Assembly: GCA_951406725.2 (NCBI GenBank) | Contig: OX597828.1 | Location: 69,254,001 to 69,318,000 of the forward strand | Direction of reading: 5' to 3' | Source of the DNA: Octopus vulgaris | Lineage: Eukaryota | DNA: 64,000 bases | Shown: positions 16,032-29,874 of the stretch, in pieces | How the letters are laid out: each line of letters begins with the position of its first letter | How positions within the stretch are numbered: the first letter of the stretch is position 1 | Program-made: the position numbers and the translations under genes | Notes under the pieces: generated by a model | What the model saw: the letters and a program-made list of their open reading frames with translations, nothing else | The model's database searches: none | What the model was told of the DNA's origin: nothing

Positions 16032-17856
16032 ATTTCATTTTATAGCTTGCTATGATACAAAATCTTTTAATTTAAAACGTGAAAGCGTGTGGCTTGGTGA
16101 TTAGTGTATTTGACTTACAATCGGAAGGTCGTGAGTTCGATTCCCGGCGACGTATTGTGTCCTTGCTCAAGGCACTATATTTCTCGTTGTTCCATTCCAC
16201 TGATCCGGTTTAAGGGTCAGCCTGGTCATATTCAGTGCGTATCACGCTGAATCTACATGAGAACTACGTTAAGTACGTGCGTGTATGTGGATGTAGTCGA
16301 GGTCGAGTTAACCCCTACCCTACCCTTGAAATTGTTGGTATTGTGCCAAAATAAAAATCAATATAAATGCAATACTAGCTCAATGATTTTAGGGTAACAT
16401 AAATACATAGTAATTGCCTATTATTATGTATATCAATATTGATACACTAATGTTGTTACTGCACAGCTGTGGATATTGTACCGAACACTGTTGTAGCTGC
16501 TGCGCTGATATGAAAACATTTTTATTAATAATAATACGGTACTTGTTATGACTTACAGTACTAATATAGTTTCAGTGATACTGTACTGATTGTATGTTGT
16601 GAAATCACTTTGTTACAGCATTGATGTATGACTATAATATTTGACTGAATGCAATAACATGGTCACCGTAATGACGTGAACACTGTACTAACGTGGCTAC
16701 AGCTCTGATATCATTATTTTATTCTTGTTGAATGCGACGATGGGAGTATTATGCTCTGATGAGGTGAACATAACTAAAGCAGATACGAAATTTAATCCAA
16801 TTTTGATTTTGCACTAATTTTAATAACATATTTACGTGGGTGTTGCACTAATTTATGATAATTGCACTAATATCTATCTCTACTGTACAGATATGGATTT
16901 TGTACTGATGTGCATACTGTATTAATGTGGACACACGACTGTGATTTTACTAACGTGCTGACACTAAGTATTGTTCTGCTCTTGTTATTATTCCACACTG
17001 CACTAACGAGGTGAAAACTATATTGCTCTGAATGCTATCCCATTGAGGATATTCATGGAAAAGATATGCCAAACAAATGGGAAAAATGGAATATAATCAA
17101 ATACAAGATTCAAAAAGACTTCTGGTAGTCGGCGTCGGGAAGAATCAATAACGCAAAATCAAAGATGAGGTGTTAGTTTGATCTGAGGAAAGTTTCAAAC
17201 AGAAAAAAAGTATCTTTTTGCCGTTGAAAGAGAAAATATTTGTTTTTCTTTTTCCTGTAATTGAGAGATTGTAAATGTTTTGTTCATACAGATTAATTAC
17301 ACTTCGCGGATACCTGAGCAAAATGTTGTCATGTAGTGACCTGAGGTGAGACTGGCTGACAGAAATGGTTTCTCCTAAGCAATGGCCGAAACGTAAGTGA
17401 AAGCGGTTAGATGAAGATGGCTATCGACCACCATTTTTAACTGATGTCAAAATTCTCTTCTAAAAAAACAAAGAAGGGTTTTGTACTGGAATGCATTAGC
17501 TGTAATTATATGATACTGTATTAACATGATCTTCCTTCCTGTAGGAACATGTACTGTACATGACAACACCATACTACAGAGTCTACTCAACAATTATGGA
17601 CTACATTTAGATAGCATTGCGTAATCCCACACTATGTTTGATTGTGTTAGCTCTCTCTCTCTCTCTCTCTCTCCACAAACACATACGCACGCGCGCACAC
17701 ACATATTGTTTGTTTTTATGTAAAGTTATGTGCAAAAACAATTTAACATTAAACGGAAGGATTACAAAATTTATTTAGTAGATTGCACATTGACTAACAC
17801 TTAAAAAATAAATGGCTAATTGCAACTTGGAAGTTCCAGCTCCCTTGCCTTCGTCA

Positions 17857-17895
17857 AGAAGTCTGATGAAGGCGAGCAAGCCGAAACGTCGAAGT
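17857..17895 (+). ncRNA. Hammerhead ribozyme core, stem I apparently lost
   Basis: CTGATGA-aGGC-GAGCAA-GCC-GAAAC-GTC. No clear adjacent stem I. Confidence 0.4.
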
Positions 17896-17960
17896 GGCTG
17901 CCACACTTTTACGTGTAAAAGAAAACACACACACACACACACACACATACATTGATGTTT

Positions 17961-19146
17961 TGCGTTGAGTCAAAAGTTTTGCAATATTTCCGTAACTTTT
18001 CTACTCTAGGCACAAGGCCTGAAATTTTGGGGGAGGGGGGCCAGTCGATTAGATCGACCCCAGTACGCAACTGATACTTAATTTATTGATCCCGAAAGGA
18101 TGAAAGACGAAGTCGACCTCGGCGGAATTTGAACTCGACTTTGCCTTTTATCCTTTCAGGGTCGATAAATTAAATACCAGTTGCTTACTGGGAACAATCT
18201 AATCGACTGGCCCCCCTTCCCCCAAAATTTCGGCCTTGTGACTGGAGTGGAAAAAAGAATATTTTCGTAACATTTTGCTTTATTCATCAAGTTCCAATAA
18301 AAACAGCATAGCATTCAAAGTAGAGGTCATTATGTGGCACCACCTGAAGCCACCATTTTGCCAGTTCTTTGGTCCCACACTGATACCAGTTCTTGTCTTT
18401 CGAAATGAAGAACTCCTTCACTGAAGCTGTCACCTCCTCTTGGTTGATAAACTATCGCGAGCGCTGTAAGCCAGCCATGGATCGGAACAAGTAATAATTC
18501 TAGAGGGCTAGGTCCGGACTATATGCTGGGTGTGTAATCAGTTCAATTCCCTCACGTTCCTGAAGTTTATTCCGACTCACTCAAGTGGTATGAGATCTTG
18601 GGTTGTCTTGCGGCAGAAGAGGCCGCCTTCTGTTAACCAATGCCGGGCATTTTTCCAGCACAATGGCGTACATCTGCTCTAGCTTTTCGGAGTACAGGTT
18701 TGCATCGATGGTTCGACCGCCCAGAATGAACCTGTAGTGAATTATCCCCTTATAATTCCATCAGACGTAGACCATCACCTTGTGTTCGAAACGCCCATGT
18801 TTGGGGACATGTTCCAGAAGTAGGACTCTGCTTAACCACTGCTTATGCACGTTGGGATTGCCGAAAACTATCTCCATCGGATTATTACTTGCTCCGATCC
18901 ATGGTTCGCTTTCTGCGCTGGCGACTCTTCGTCAACAAAAAGAAGGTAGAAGCTCCAACGAAGGAGTTCTTCACTTCTAAGGACAAGAACTGTTATCAAC
19001 ATGGAATCAATGAACTGGCAGAAAGGTGGCCTTAGACCGTGCAACACAATGGCTCCCTACATTGAATGGTCGGGTTCTTTTGATGTAACTTGACGAATAA
19101 AGCAAATAAGTTACTAAAACATTGCAAAAAGTTTGACTCAACACAT
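17961..19146 (-). mobile_element. Degenerate mariner DNA transposon
   Basis: TIRs TGCGTTGAGTCAAAAGTTTTGCAAT / ATTGCAAAAAGTTTGACTCAACACA. Minus-strand HPAYSPDLAL*NYYLFRSM and KVMVYV*WNYKGIIHY. Confidence 0.85.
17997..18257. mobile_element. Head-to-head pair of SINE 3' fragments inside one TSD
   Basis: Left arm is a minus-strand tail-B fragment and right arm a plus-strand tail-B fragment. 14-bp TSD AATATTT(C/T)CGTAAC at 17983-17996 and 18258-18271. Confidence 0.8.
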
Positions 19147-19218
19147 GTATATGTCTATGTGTGAATTATGTATATACAAATGCACACACACACACACACG
19201 TGTATATAGACAAACGTA

Positions 19219-19261
<43 letters not shown>

Positions 19262-20113
19262 CAATACTAAATAATTAGGGTTCATCAACGATTTGCCTCA
19301 TCACACACCGAATTTAGAAATAGCAGTCAAAAAGTCTTGGCTATTCCTTCTACTTTAAAGGGAGGCAAATCGTTGCTGAACCCTAATTATTTAGTATTAC
19401 TTAAACTTACCATGAATTGGTCTTTTACATGCCGAATTCTACTTGGTGAAATAACTTATTACTTCTTAATTAATTAATTTCCCCCTTTGTTATTATTGAT
19501 ATATATATATATAAATATAATTAAGGGCTCCTAAATAAGGATGCCAAGTGCTAGTGGCATATATATATATATATGTAAAAAATTTTCTTTAGAGACGCAA
19601 TATTGGAATGTAGGGCAAAGTGTAAATCAAAATAAACAAAGGTGAAAGCCTTAATGCATTTATCATAATCAACTTTAGACTACGTATTGAGTACTTTTTC
19701 CTTGTTACAAGCAGTGAAATACAATATATTCCCACACGCGCACGCACAAAACAATTATTGTGGGTTTACATTAATGTGAATTGCAATTAAACGAAATATT
19801 TCTCGAAGCTTGCGATGAATGATATTGATTTAAAATGAAATCAGTATGAATCGCTACTCAGAGTTTCTTTAAAGAGAGAATGGGAAAAGAAAGAAAAAGA
19901 AACGAATTGTAAATGCGAGTAACTTTGGGAGAGAAGGAAGGAAGGAAGCAAGGAAGGAAGGAGTGGGAGATGAAAATACGTAGTTTTACATAAGTTCTAC
20001 GCTGAAGACGAACCCGGTGACTATTTTACATATATACACTCATAATAATTCATACACGCATTCATGCATAACTATTCAAGTACATAGATAGATACATATA
20101 TTCATATATATTC

Positions 20114-20171
<58 letters not shown>

Positions 20172-20268
20172 GCTAAACTGGCAAAATGACCATTCCGAAA
20201 TATAACAATATATAACACACACAGCGCGCGCACATACACATGCATACACATACACACAAATATGTATG

Positions 20269-20309
<41 letters not shown>

Positions 20310-20396
20310 TCATATATACGTATATGTACTTATATATCTGTGTGTATATCCTTATACATACATATAATATATATATATATATGCACACACACACAC

Positions 20397-20448
<52 letters not shown>

Positions 20449-21029
20449 ATATATATATATTTACACATTCATATATACATATATGTACTTATATATCTGT
20501 GTGTATATCCTTACATATATATATACATATATATATATATATAATATATACATACATATAATATAATATATGTATATTATATATATATATATGATATGCA
20601 TATGAATGTGTATGTTCATATATACACATATAATACACATTCCCACACATACACACACATGATATACGTGAATGTTAGCTAGTCTCTTAGATTGTGTGAC
20701 TGCATGTGTGTACGTAAGACTAATAGTTCGGTTACCATTGAAAAAAAAGCAAAACGTACCATGGACAATGAACGAACTGTAGTATTGCGTGGTGTCTACG
20801 TTACTTATTTGTTATTGATGAAGGAGACAGAAGGAGGACAGTGTATTGTTGTTACCATTGTTTGGTACCAGATTTGTATTGCCTGCCTATTAACAAAAGA
20901 AAGTCAAACGAACCAGAAAGAAGACTGTGATATGATGTATTTCTTCTTGTTATTGTTTTTTTTTTGCTTTGTTTATATTTACATTGATTATTAAATATAT
21001 ATATATATAAATAAATATAAATATTTACG

Positions 21030-21142
<113 letters not shown>

Positions 21143-21576
21143 GTACGTATGTATGTATATATGTCAACATTTTCTAATATTTCTTTTGTGTCTCTTTTAA
21201 AATAAGTCTGGTACTTATTCTATGGAATTCTTTGCCGAACGGCAAGGCTACAGAACGTAAACCTACCAACACCGGTTGTCAAGTGACAATTATAGACACA
21301 AACAAACACACACACGAATACGACCAGATTCTTTCAGTTTCCGTCTACACAATCCACTCACAAGTCTTTGGGCATCCCGGAGCTATAGTAGAAGAGACTC
21401 GTCCGAGGTGGCACGCAGTGGGACTGAACCCGGAACCATGTGGTTAGGAAGTAAACTTCTTACCACATATCCACACCTATTTTATTACTAAAGGCAGTTA
21501 AGTGGCGAACTCGTTTGCGCGGCAGATACAATGGTTTACAGTGTTTGTTCCAGTTCATTACGGTCTGGATTCATAT

Positions 21577-21806
21577 TTCTTTGTTGCCCACAAGGGGCTA
21601 AACATAGAGGGGACAAACAAGGACAGACAAACGAATTAAATCGATTACATCGACCCCAGTGCGTAACTGGTACTTAATTTATCGACCCCGAAAGGATGAA
21701 AGGCAAAGTCGACCTCGGCGGAATTTGAACTCAGAACGTAACGGCAGTCGAAATACGGCTACACATTTCGCCCAGCGTGCTAACGTTTCTGCCAGCTCGC
21801 CGCCTT
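21577..21806 (-). mobile_element. tRNA-derived SINE (tail A)
   Basis: Reverse complement of the same SINE, nested in an older SINE copy. Confidence 0.85.
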
Positions 21807-22310
21807 AAACGTAAAGACGGACAAAATGCTGTTTGGCATTTGTCCGGGATTGCTAACGATTCTGCCAGCTCACCGCCTTTGTTAACTGGATACCAGAGAG
21901 ACATTTACAATTTCAAATGCAATCACGGTTAGCTTAACGAATAAAGACAACATTCTACCTTCAGAAAACAAAAGAAATCATTCAATTAATGGTTGTTTTT
22001 TCTTTACTTATATGCTTGTAAAGAAAAATTGTTGAATATCGATTATTTGATTTCATAGTGAAAAGCTCGACAAGGAGACTTTTCTGATACATAAGGAAAG
22101 AAATAGTTATTTCCTGCTGTTTTCAGTCGTCATTTCTTCAGATATTATCCTCATTCACCTAAACGGTACAGTAAGTTTTAAAAAATGTCTTATTTTTGTT
22201 TCATTATATAATCCAAAGGCGTTTAGCATAGCTACATTACCTACCACAATATTTTAAACGAATTCTCTTAATTGCATACACGAATTCTCTTAATCGCATA
22301 TTACGATTAA

Positions 22311-22709
22311 TCTTTATATATAAAAGTCAAGTTGTGTGTCTGTCTCCTCCGATTTCGATTCCTAACTGCTCCCACATTTTGCGGTGCAGTTTAACCAAAA
22401 CCGGGTATCTTATAGTCGTGATTCATATCGAACCCTTCTGAGTATTAACGCGCGTCTACGATGAGTCTACGATTAAAAAAAAAAATTACCATCATTTTTT
22501 TCCATTTTAATGCATTTTTTTTCGCTATTATATAAGGGAAGTAACTCTCTAAAAATGTCTACGATGAGTCAACGATTTAAAAAAAAATTACCATAATTTT
22601 TTTTCCATTTTTAATGCATTTTTTTGCCATTTTTTGGCTATAACTCTCTAAAAATGTTTATATAGTTATTTCCCTTACAAACCCGAGCAACGCCGGACGA
22701 TACTGCTAG
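22311..22709 (+). mobile_element. Non-autonomous Helitron-like element
   Basis: Inserted between A and T. 5' TCTTTATATATAAAAG, 3' hairpin CCCGAGCAACGCCGG then CTAG. Internal ~105-bp tandem duplication. Second copy at 55264-55660. Confidence 0.8.
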
Positions 22710-23093
22710 TTGCATATAAATTTCAGTCAGAAAGTCTATCTGGTCCAGAGTTATTGACTCCATAAAGTATCTTTCTGGTACCTCAGGACCTGGCCTTACC
22801 TTCTTTCTCAGTGCATCCATCCATCCATCCATCCGTCCGTCCGTCCATCCATCCATCCATCCACCCGTCTCTCTGCCTCTCCGTTTGTCTGGGTAGCTCT
22901 ACATTATTCTCAATCGTCCTTCAACTGTTTCCCCCATTACAAAATAACATATTCTTTACCAACATTGTTTGACATTGATGCGTAAATTAAATCAAATTTC
23001 ATTCATGTTAAAGACTACTGCATCTGTCGACACACTGTGGCCGAGGCTTATGGCACTGGTCTGGAAGAGTGAGAGGCTGGAAGTTGGACACAA

Positions 23094-23331
23094 GGCGGCG
23101 AGCTGGCAGAATCGTTAGCACTCCGAGCGAAATGCTTAGGGGTATTTCGTCTGCCATTACGTTCTGAGTTCAAATTCCGCCGAGGTCGACTTTGCCTTTC
23201 ATCCTTTCGGGGGTCGATAAATTAAGTACCAGTTACGCACTGGGGTCGATATAATCGACTTAATACCTATGTCTGTCCTTGTTTGTCCCCTCTATGTTTA
23301 GCCCCTTGTGGGTAATAAAGAAATATATAAT
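23094..23331 (+). mobile_element. tRNA-derived SINE (tail A) with 10-bp TSD
   Basis: TSD TTGGACACAA on both sides. Confidence 0.85.
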
Positions 23332-23540
23332 TTGGACACAATAATTTTTATGTCAAATCATCAGTATGTTCAATTTGCCCAAAGACAATTCCATCAATGA
23401 TATTTATTCAAAAGGAACGCATTTAGTTTAGAGATACATTCTATTTTATGTTTAACCTAATAGTTTGGAATAAAAAAGAAAAGGTGTTCTCTCCTTTCTA
23501 CCGTCATACCTTCACTTCATCCATAAAATTATTTGTTCAC

Positions 23541-23553
23541 TCTATCTACCTGT

Positions 23554-23651
<98 letters not shown>

Positions 23652-23676
23652 GTCTGTCTATCTATCTATCTATCTG

Positions 23677-23710
<34 letters not shown>

Positions 23711-23821
23711 GATCTATCTATCTGTCTATCTATCTATCCGTCTGTCTGTCTGTCTATCTATCTATCCATCTACCTATCTATCTATCTGCCTATCTACCTA
23801 CCTACCTACCTACCTATCTAC

Positions 23822-23875
<54 letters not shown>

Positions 23876-23920
23876 GTCTGTCTGTCTCTATCTATCTACC
23901 TACCCTACCTATCTATCTAC

Positions 23921-23975
<55 letters not shown>

Positions 23976-23996
23976 CCTACCTACCTATCTATCTAC

Positions 23997-24027
<31 letters not shown>

Positions 24028-24080
24028 CCTACCTATCTATCTACCTACCTATCTATCTATCTATCCATTTACCTACATAC
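23541..24080. repeat. (TCTA)n compound microsatellite
   Basis: Seen directly. Confidence 0.95.
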
Positions 24081-25787
24081 CTTTTTGCCTGTATATCTAT
24101 GTGTCCATCTATTTGTTCATTCATCGCTACTTCTACAGCTTTACTGTTTCTAATCATATATTTTGATGAAAAACAATGCAACCCTTTGAAGTTGAAAAGC
24201 CTACAAAAGCTACACAGATATAACTAACTCATACTGCAACCTGTTCTATTGACAATCTCTTGTCATGTCTATTGTATCTTTATCCTCAAATCTTACTCTA
24301 AACATCTCTAATTTTCCATCTTCAGAATACTGTCTCCCTCGTTGTAATGACATGTTAGTTTTTGGGGGTTTTTTTCTGTACAGGGACTGTGCACTATTCC
24401 ATTAAATATGATACAAAGCTCTCGTGTCATATTTAAATTTGTAATTCCAGATTTTGAAAACAGTTTTCATTCATAAATTTTAAAATGCAAAACATGTTCA
24501 ACTCTTACGCGGCTTAAACACTAAGATATTTTCAATGACGCAAAGTTCCGTATCAATTTCCTTATATGATACAGTGTCAGTTGTTATTAACGTTATCACT
24601 TAATCTTTTGCGTGTTGTTGCACAGTAGTGGTGCTAAATGATGGGAAATACTTCAGTCAAATGAAAATATTTTAACAGCCACATGGGTCAAAAGAGAGAG
24701 GGAGGAGGCGAGGGAGAGGGAAGAGAAAACGATAAAATATTCAGTTGCCAAACGCCATTTATTTTCCGTTATACAAATTAAGCGAATTTATTTCTAAATT
24801 TCAAAGAGACAACAAAAGCACTTTGTTTGAACTGCTAGACATCAAGTGGAGCATTTAAATAATGGAGTAGACAGTGAAAAATATTTCATGAACAAAAACT
24901 GTCGGTTTATATTGCAATATTTTCCTTTTAATTCTTAATGTTCTTGCTTTACCAAGGTCAACGAGCTGACAGAATTGTTAGTAATCCAGGAGAAATGCTT
25001 AGCGACATTTCCTCAGTCTTTACGTTTTGACTTTGCCATCCATCCTTTCGGGGTCGATAAAATAAGTACAAGTTGAATACTGGGGTCAACGTAATCGACT
25101 TGCTGGCCTTGTGCCAAAATATGAAACCAATATTTTTACAGCACTGAAGACTAGGTCTTTTGGAGTTTACTACTATATTTTTGGAAGCTTTGTGAGGAGG
25201 AAAGTATATAGATCAAGAGTAGCAATGGTTTTGCTAATTATATTAAGTGTGAGGTACTAACATCTATCTACTTAATTACCAAGAATTCATATAAGTACAA
25301 AACATTTAACAGAACTAGTTAGAACTAGTAATCAAGGTCTATAAATAAATAAACTTTGTAACTGTGTTATAATATTTGTAATTATACCTGGTGGAGCCAA
25401 TAACTCCCAGGTTCGAACTCAACCGACGTCTTCCTAGAATTTCTCTCAACTGGGTTTAGGCTTTTAGCATTGCAAGTGGAACGTATCACTTATCTCACGC
25501 TACAAATTGTTCGAATGAGCTCATCCTAGATTTTGGCCTCCATTTTTTAAAATGTGTATCACACGGCGAAATTAATTTATGTGGTTACATAAATAAATTT
25601 TACTTATCAGTAAGCTATAATATATATTTTTAACGGTGACAGTCGCTGGATTGTGGCAATCATGAGCAACCATCTTTAAAGTTTTTTGTTATATGCAAAC
25701 ACATGCATAAATTAAGTTCTGATGAGTTGAGCAGATTTTGCCAATGTGTGTTATGTATGTATATGTATATGTGGGTTTGTGTGCTGT

Positions 25788-25843
<56 letters not shown>

Positions 25844-25971
25844 CTTTTCGAAGGCTTAACAGTTGTATTTTCCATATAGACTAGTGTTGCTCTAGTCTGA
25901 GCATATATACGTACATACATATATGTATAAGTGGATACGTATGTACGCATGTATGTATATATGCATGTATG

Positions 25972-26016
<45 letters not shown>

Positions 26017-26105
26017 GTCTATCTATATGTCTCTCTCTATATATAAACACACACACACACACTTGTAGATAGATACGTCTCTCTCTCAGTCTATGTGTGT
26101 GTGTA

Positions 26106-26136
<31 letters not shown>

Positions 26137-26528
26137 GTGTGTGTGTATGTATGTATGTATGTATGTATGTATGTATGTATGTATGTATGTATGTACATGG
26201 GCTAAAAAGTCACATTCGATCACAGCACCAGTAACAGTTAAGCTTCGTGCAATGGTCATACTCGATAACGAGGGGGCAGCCATAATAATGTATGTTTGTA
26301 TAAAGAGGGATTAATAAGGGATATTAATCCAAGCAGGATAAAGAGACAGCGACAAAGTCTTGTGATTGGTATTGTACTCCTAGTAATCCAAAGCCGAAAG
26401 CCGAAGTCGAAACTCATCACCAATGTTAACCCATGGTTTCATTGCTTAGTTAAGATGCTATGTTTTTACAAAGTGATACATAAAATCGACAGAAATAACG
26501 GATTGTATGCTTCTAGCTATTTATTATA

Positions 26529-26646
26529 GGCTTGCAGCTGTTTCAGAGATGCATTTGGGTGCGATCATGTTTCAATTTTATCAATCGATCGATCGATCGA
26601 CTGAAAACATAGGGAACAACCTTAGCAACTTTATCTTCTTCAGAGC
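26529..26646 (-). ncRNA. Degenerate hammerhead motif with long stem II in a Penelope-type UTR remnant
   Basis: Minus strand GGCT-CTGAAGA-AGAT...ATCTCT-GAAAC-AGCT-GC-AAGCC. The cleavage triplet is damaged. Confidence 0.35.
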
Positions 26647-26863
26647 CGAAGCCAATCAAATGCCAACAAAATGAAAGTAAGGAAAGAAAGAAGATGTGGT
26701 TAGGTCAATGTGACCTTTGTAAGAATTAGGTCGTCTGCTTTTAGCTTTCAATCTTAAGCTATTGTTCTCCCTTACCACGAATGAATAGTACTGACGTCCA
26801 GTAGAGAAATTTGATATCTGACAACGTCTTTATGGTCATTGGCAAGCTTTTGAAGTTTACTAC

Positions 26864-27170
26864 TGTGGTGTGATGGAAGAAAAGGACAACAGAAAAAGAA
26901 GCAAACGGGGGAAAGAAATACAAAAAGCCTTACCTGTTGACCTCGGCGGAATCAGCGGTCACTCTCACAAATTAAATACGTCTTGCCTCTCTGCCATCTC
27001 AGCTCGAACTGCCCAAACGTGCTTCCTAACCACACGTGCTTCATGCCCACGCTTGCCCCTTTCACTCTTCCGCCGGTCCCTTCAGTTTTCACTTCCCTTT
27101 TGCCTCATCTACCATCCTCTCCACCAATACCACATAACTCATCACAGCCCATAACACCGCTAAAACCACA
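26864..27170 (-). mobile_element. 3' LTR of a Ty3/Gypsy-like retrotransposon
   Basis: 307 bp bounded by TGTGGT...ACCACA. G-rich polypurine tract immediately inside (27171-27185, minus strand). Confidence 0.8.
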
Positions 27171-27242
27171 CGCCCCCCCCCCCCTGATCTACAGATCATT
27201 CAACCGGCTTTCCCACTCACTCCTCGCTCCCGAACCCACACC

Positions 27243-28085
27243 TTAACTGGTTTCATAATCAGCCAACCAGGGAGGAGGGTGCCGCTCCTTTTGTGGTCGC
27301 AGTGCGACCCCAGGACTGGCCTGAGTTCCTGGCATGCTGCTGCTGGCTTCATCATCTTGTCTACGGATGTTGTCTTCATCTTCTTGCCTACTGTTGTTGT
27401 CTTCATCTTCTTGTCCACTGCTGCTGGTTCCATCCTCTGAGGCATGGACAATCTTCCATACATCCAAAATGTGGCGTGCCATACCATCGACAGAGACGTT
27501 GTTCTTCGAATTGATGGAGGTTATTGCTTCCTTTCCCCATCGTGATGTACACCGTGCGTTTGGGGGTTTTACCCAAACATCTTCCCCAACCTGCACGAAG
27601 GCGTGCTCTTCCTCTGCCCCGGGTCGCATTGATGCAGTACACGGATGCCTCCACTCGTACCTGAATATTGCCCTGTGTGGCACCGACTCCTCAGCCTGTT
27701 CTGACCTGGACGACATATTGTACCAAAATACGGCCTCGATTGGTGGAATGTGGCCCCTCTCTGCCATGGCCTTGATGGTACGATGATGCCTTTCCACCAC
27801 CCCATTTTCACTTGGCTGGCATGCCACCCTTAAGAAGTGGTTGACCTTCCACCCATCAAGCATTTCTTTCAGCACCTCCAAGCGAAATGCAGTGCCATTA
27901 TCCAGAGGCAGTTCATCCACGGGGCCTCGTTCCAGGAATATCTCATTTAATACTTTCACGATTTCCTCTGCAGTCCCCGTCTTCATCTCCCTCCATATGG
28001 CCAACCGCCCCGGTCCGCAGTCAACCATTGAGAGTTATGTCCCCTGCCGGTAGTGTGTTATGTCCACCGCCAGTCGTTTCCAGTT
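27243..28085 (-). pseudogene. Gypsy-like integrase C-terminal part (5'-truncated element)
   Basis: WKRLAVDITHY...*..VDCGPGR...LDNGTAF...SENGVVERHHRTIK, a DDE integrase signature with an in-frame stop upstream of the ORF. Confidence 0.85.
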
Positions 28086-28453
28086 GTGGTAAAAGAAAAT
28101 TATTTCCATGCCAATATGTTGATAACAGACTTTTAAATCGTCAATTTCCACATATTATTTACCCACTACAGAAATACGATTGTGCTGAAATCGGGAAGCT
28201 AGTCCACAGAATTTTTTTAAAAAGTTCGTTATTTCTATATTGAATCAATTTCGGAATTAATCTCATAGATTTTTTTCCTCCTCAGTAGAAAATACGATAA
28301 GAAATAAATGAAATACTTACCTGCGCCCATGGAAAAAAAACCGAAGCAAAAGTTATGAGTACATATAAGTACCCCAGTTAACTGGGGTACTTATGTGTAC
28401 ACATGTAAGACACTCAGCAAGAAATGGAAACAATATTGAAAAAATGAAAGACA

Positions 28454-28516
<63 letters not shown>

Positions 28517-29110
28517 TTCTTTATTGAGCCACTTGCAATTTCATTAATTTTCGTTCATACAAAAATTTTTCGTTCGTGTTAAAAGTCAAAATGTAGGGTT
28601 ATTAGAAAAATTAGTCAGATACGAACACGACAAAGTTATATAAAAGTGAAAAGTGGGTTAGGGGAGTTAGGCAAAAATTTGTATAAAAATAGAAGCATGT
28701 AATATATAAATAAATATAAAGAGAAGACATAGAATACAAATAAATCGTTTAACCCTCTCATCATAAAGGGAGAGAACTCATGGATTTGGTTGCCCACCCC
28801 CATCCCAATTTTTTAAGCATTTGGTCCTCCTTCGCTTGCTGAGTTGTGGTGCACCCAAAGACCATTGGTGAGGGTTCATGGTGAGCAAGTCACGAAAACC
28901 TCAACTGATTCAAGTATTGATTCTTTTAAAAGATCGTAGCGCGGCGCTGGCCACCACTTCAGAATTTCATCAGATCGTCTCTTCTCTTTTCATTATGTGT
29001 TTACTCTCCTAACGCCTCTCCCTCTGTCTTCACATCTTTCTGCCCACCCGTCCGTATCTCTCTCTCTATCTCTCTCTCTCCGTCTCTCTCTTTCTGTACG
29101 GTTTCATACA

Positions 29111-29166
<56 letters not shown>

Positions 29167-29805
29167 CAAAATTAGAAAATGGAGAAACATACTTAAATCA
29201 ATCAAACATCAACCATCAGATGATACCCAATCAATCCTTTATTACACCATTACATAACAGCAAAGGCATTATACAAAATATATTGTAAATATAATTAGAC
29301 AAGGAAATAGAAATATAAAATATAAAATATAATATATAATTATATCATATCTGACAGCTGTTTCGGCCGTGAGGACAAGTATGCCTCATTTAACCTATAA
29401 GCCATATAAGCCATATAAGCATATATATATATATATATATATATAAATTATGAGAGAGTTACCACTATGTGGATAGCTCTAGTGCTAAAAATAGCTCCGT
29501 TCCTAGTAAAGCCACAGAAAAGATGTTTCCAAGGAGAAATAACATTACACTTAACGGAAGGAAAGTGAAACATAACGAAAAACTAGATATACCCACAAAA
29601 CACACACATATATCTATACATTTATATATGTGTGTGTATGTGTATGAGTATACATACACACACACATATACATAATATTACAAATACTGTTAATATTATA
29701 AATGATACTGTTTACATTGCATTATTAGTAAAGTGTAAAATAGCAAATGTCCTGATAATCTGGAATACTTATTAATCCCGAAGTTTATAAAATATATACA
29801 TACAT

Positions 29806-29874
<69 letters not shown>

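Noticed and set aside
22127-22170. Plus-strand exon between ttttcag and gtaagt
   Set aside because: It is isolated, 44 nt long, has no recognisable peptide and has no partner exons.
28313-28326. U1 snRNA 5' end (ATACTTACCTG)
   Set aside because: The similarity stops after 11 nt. It is simply the complement of a consensus donor.
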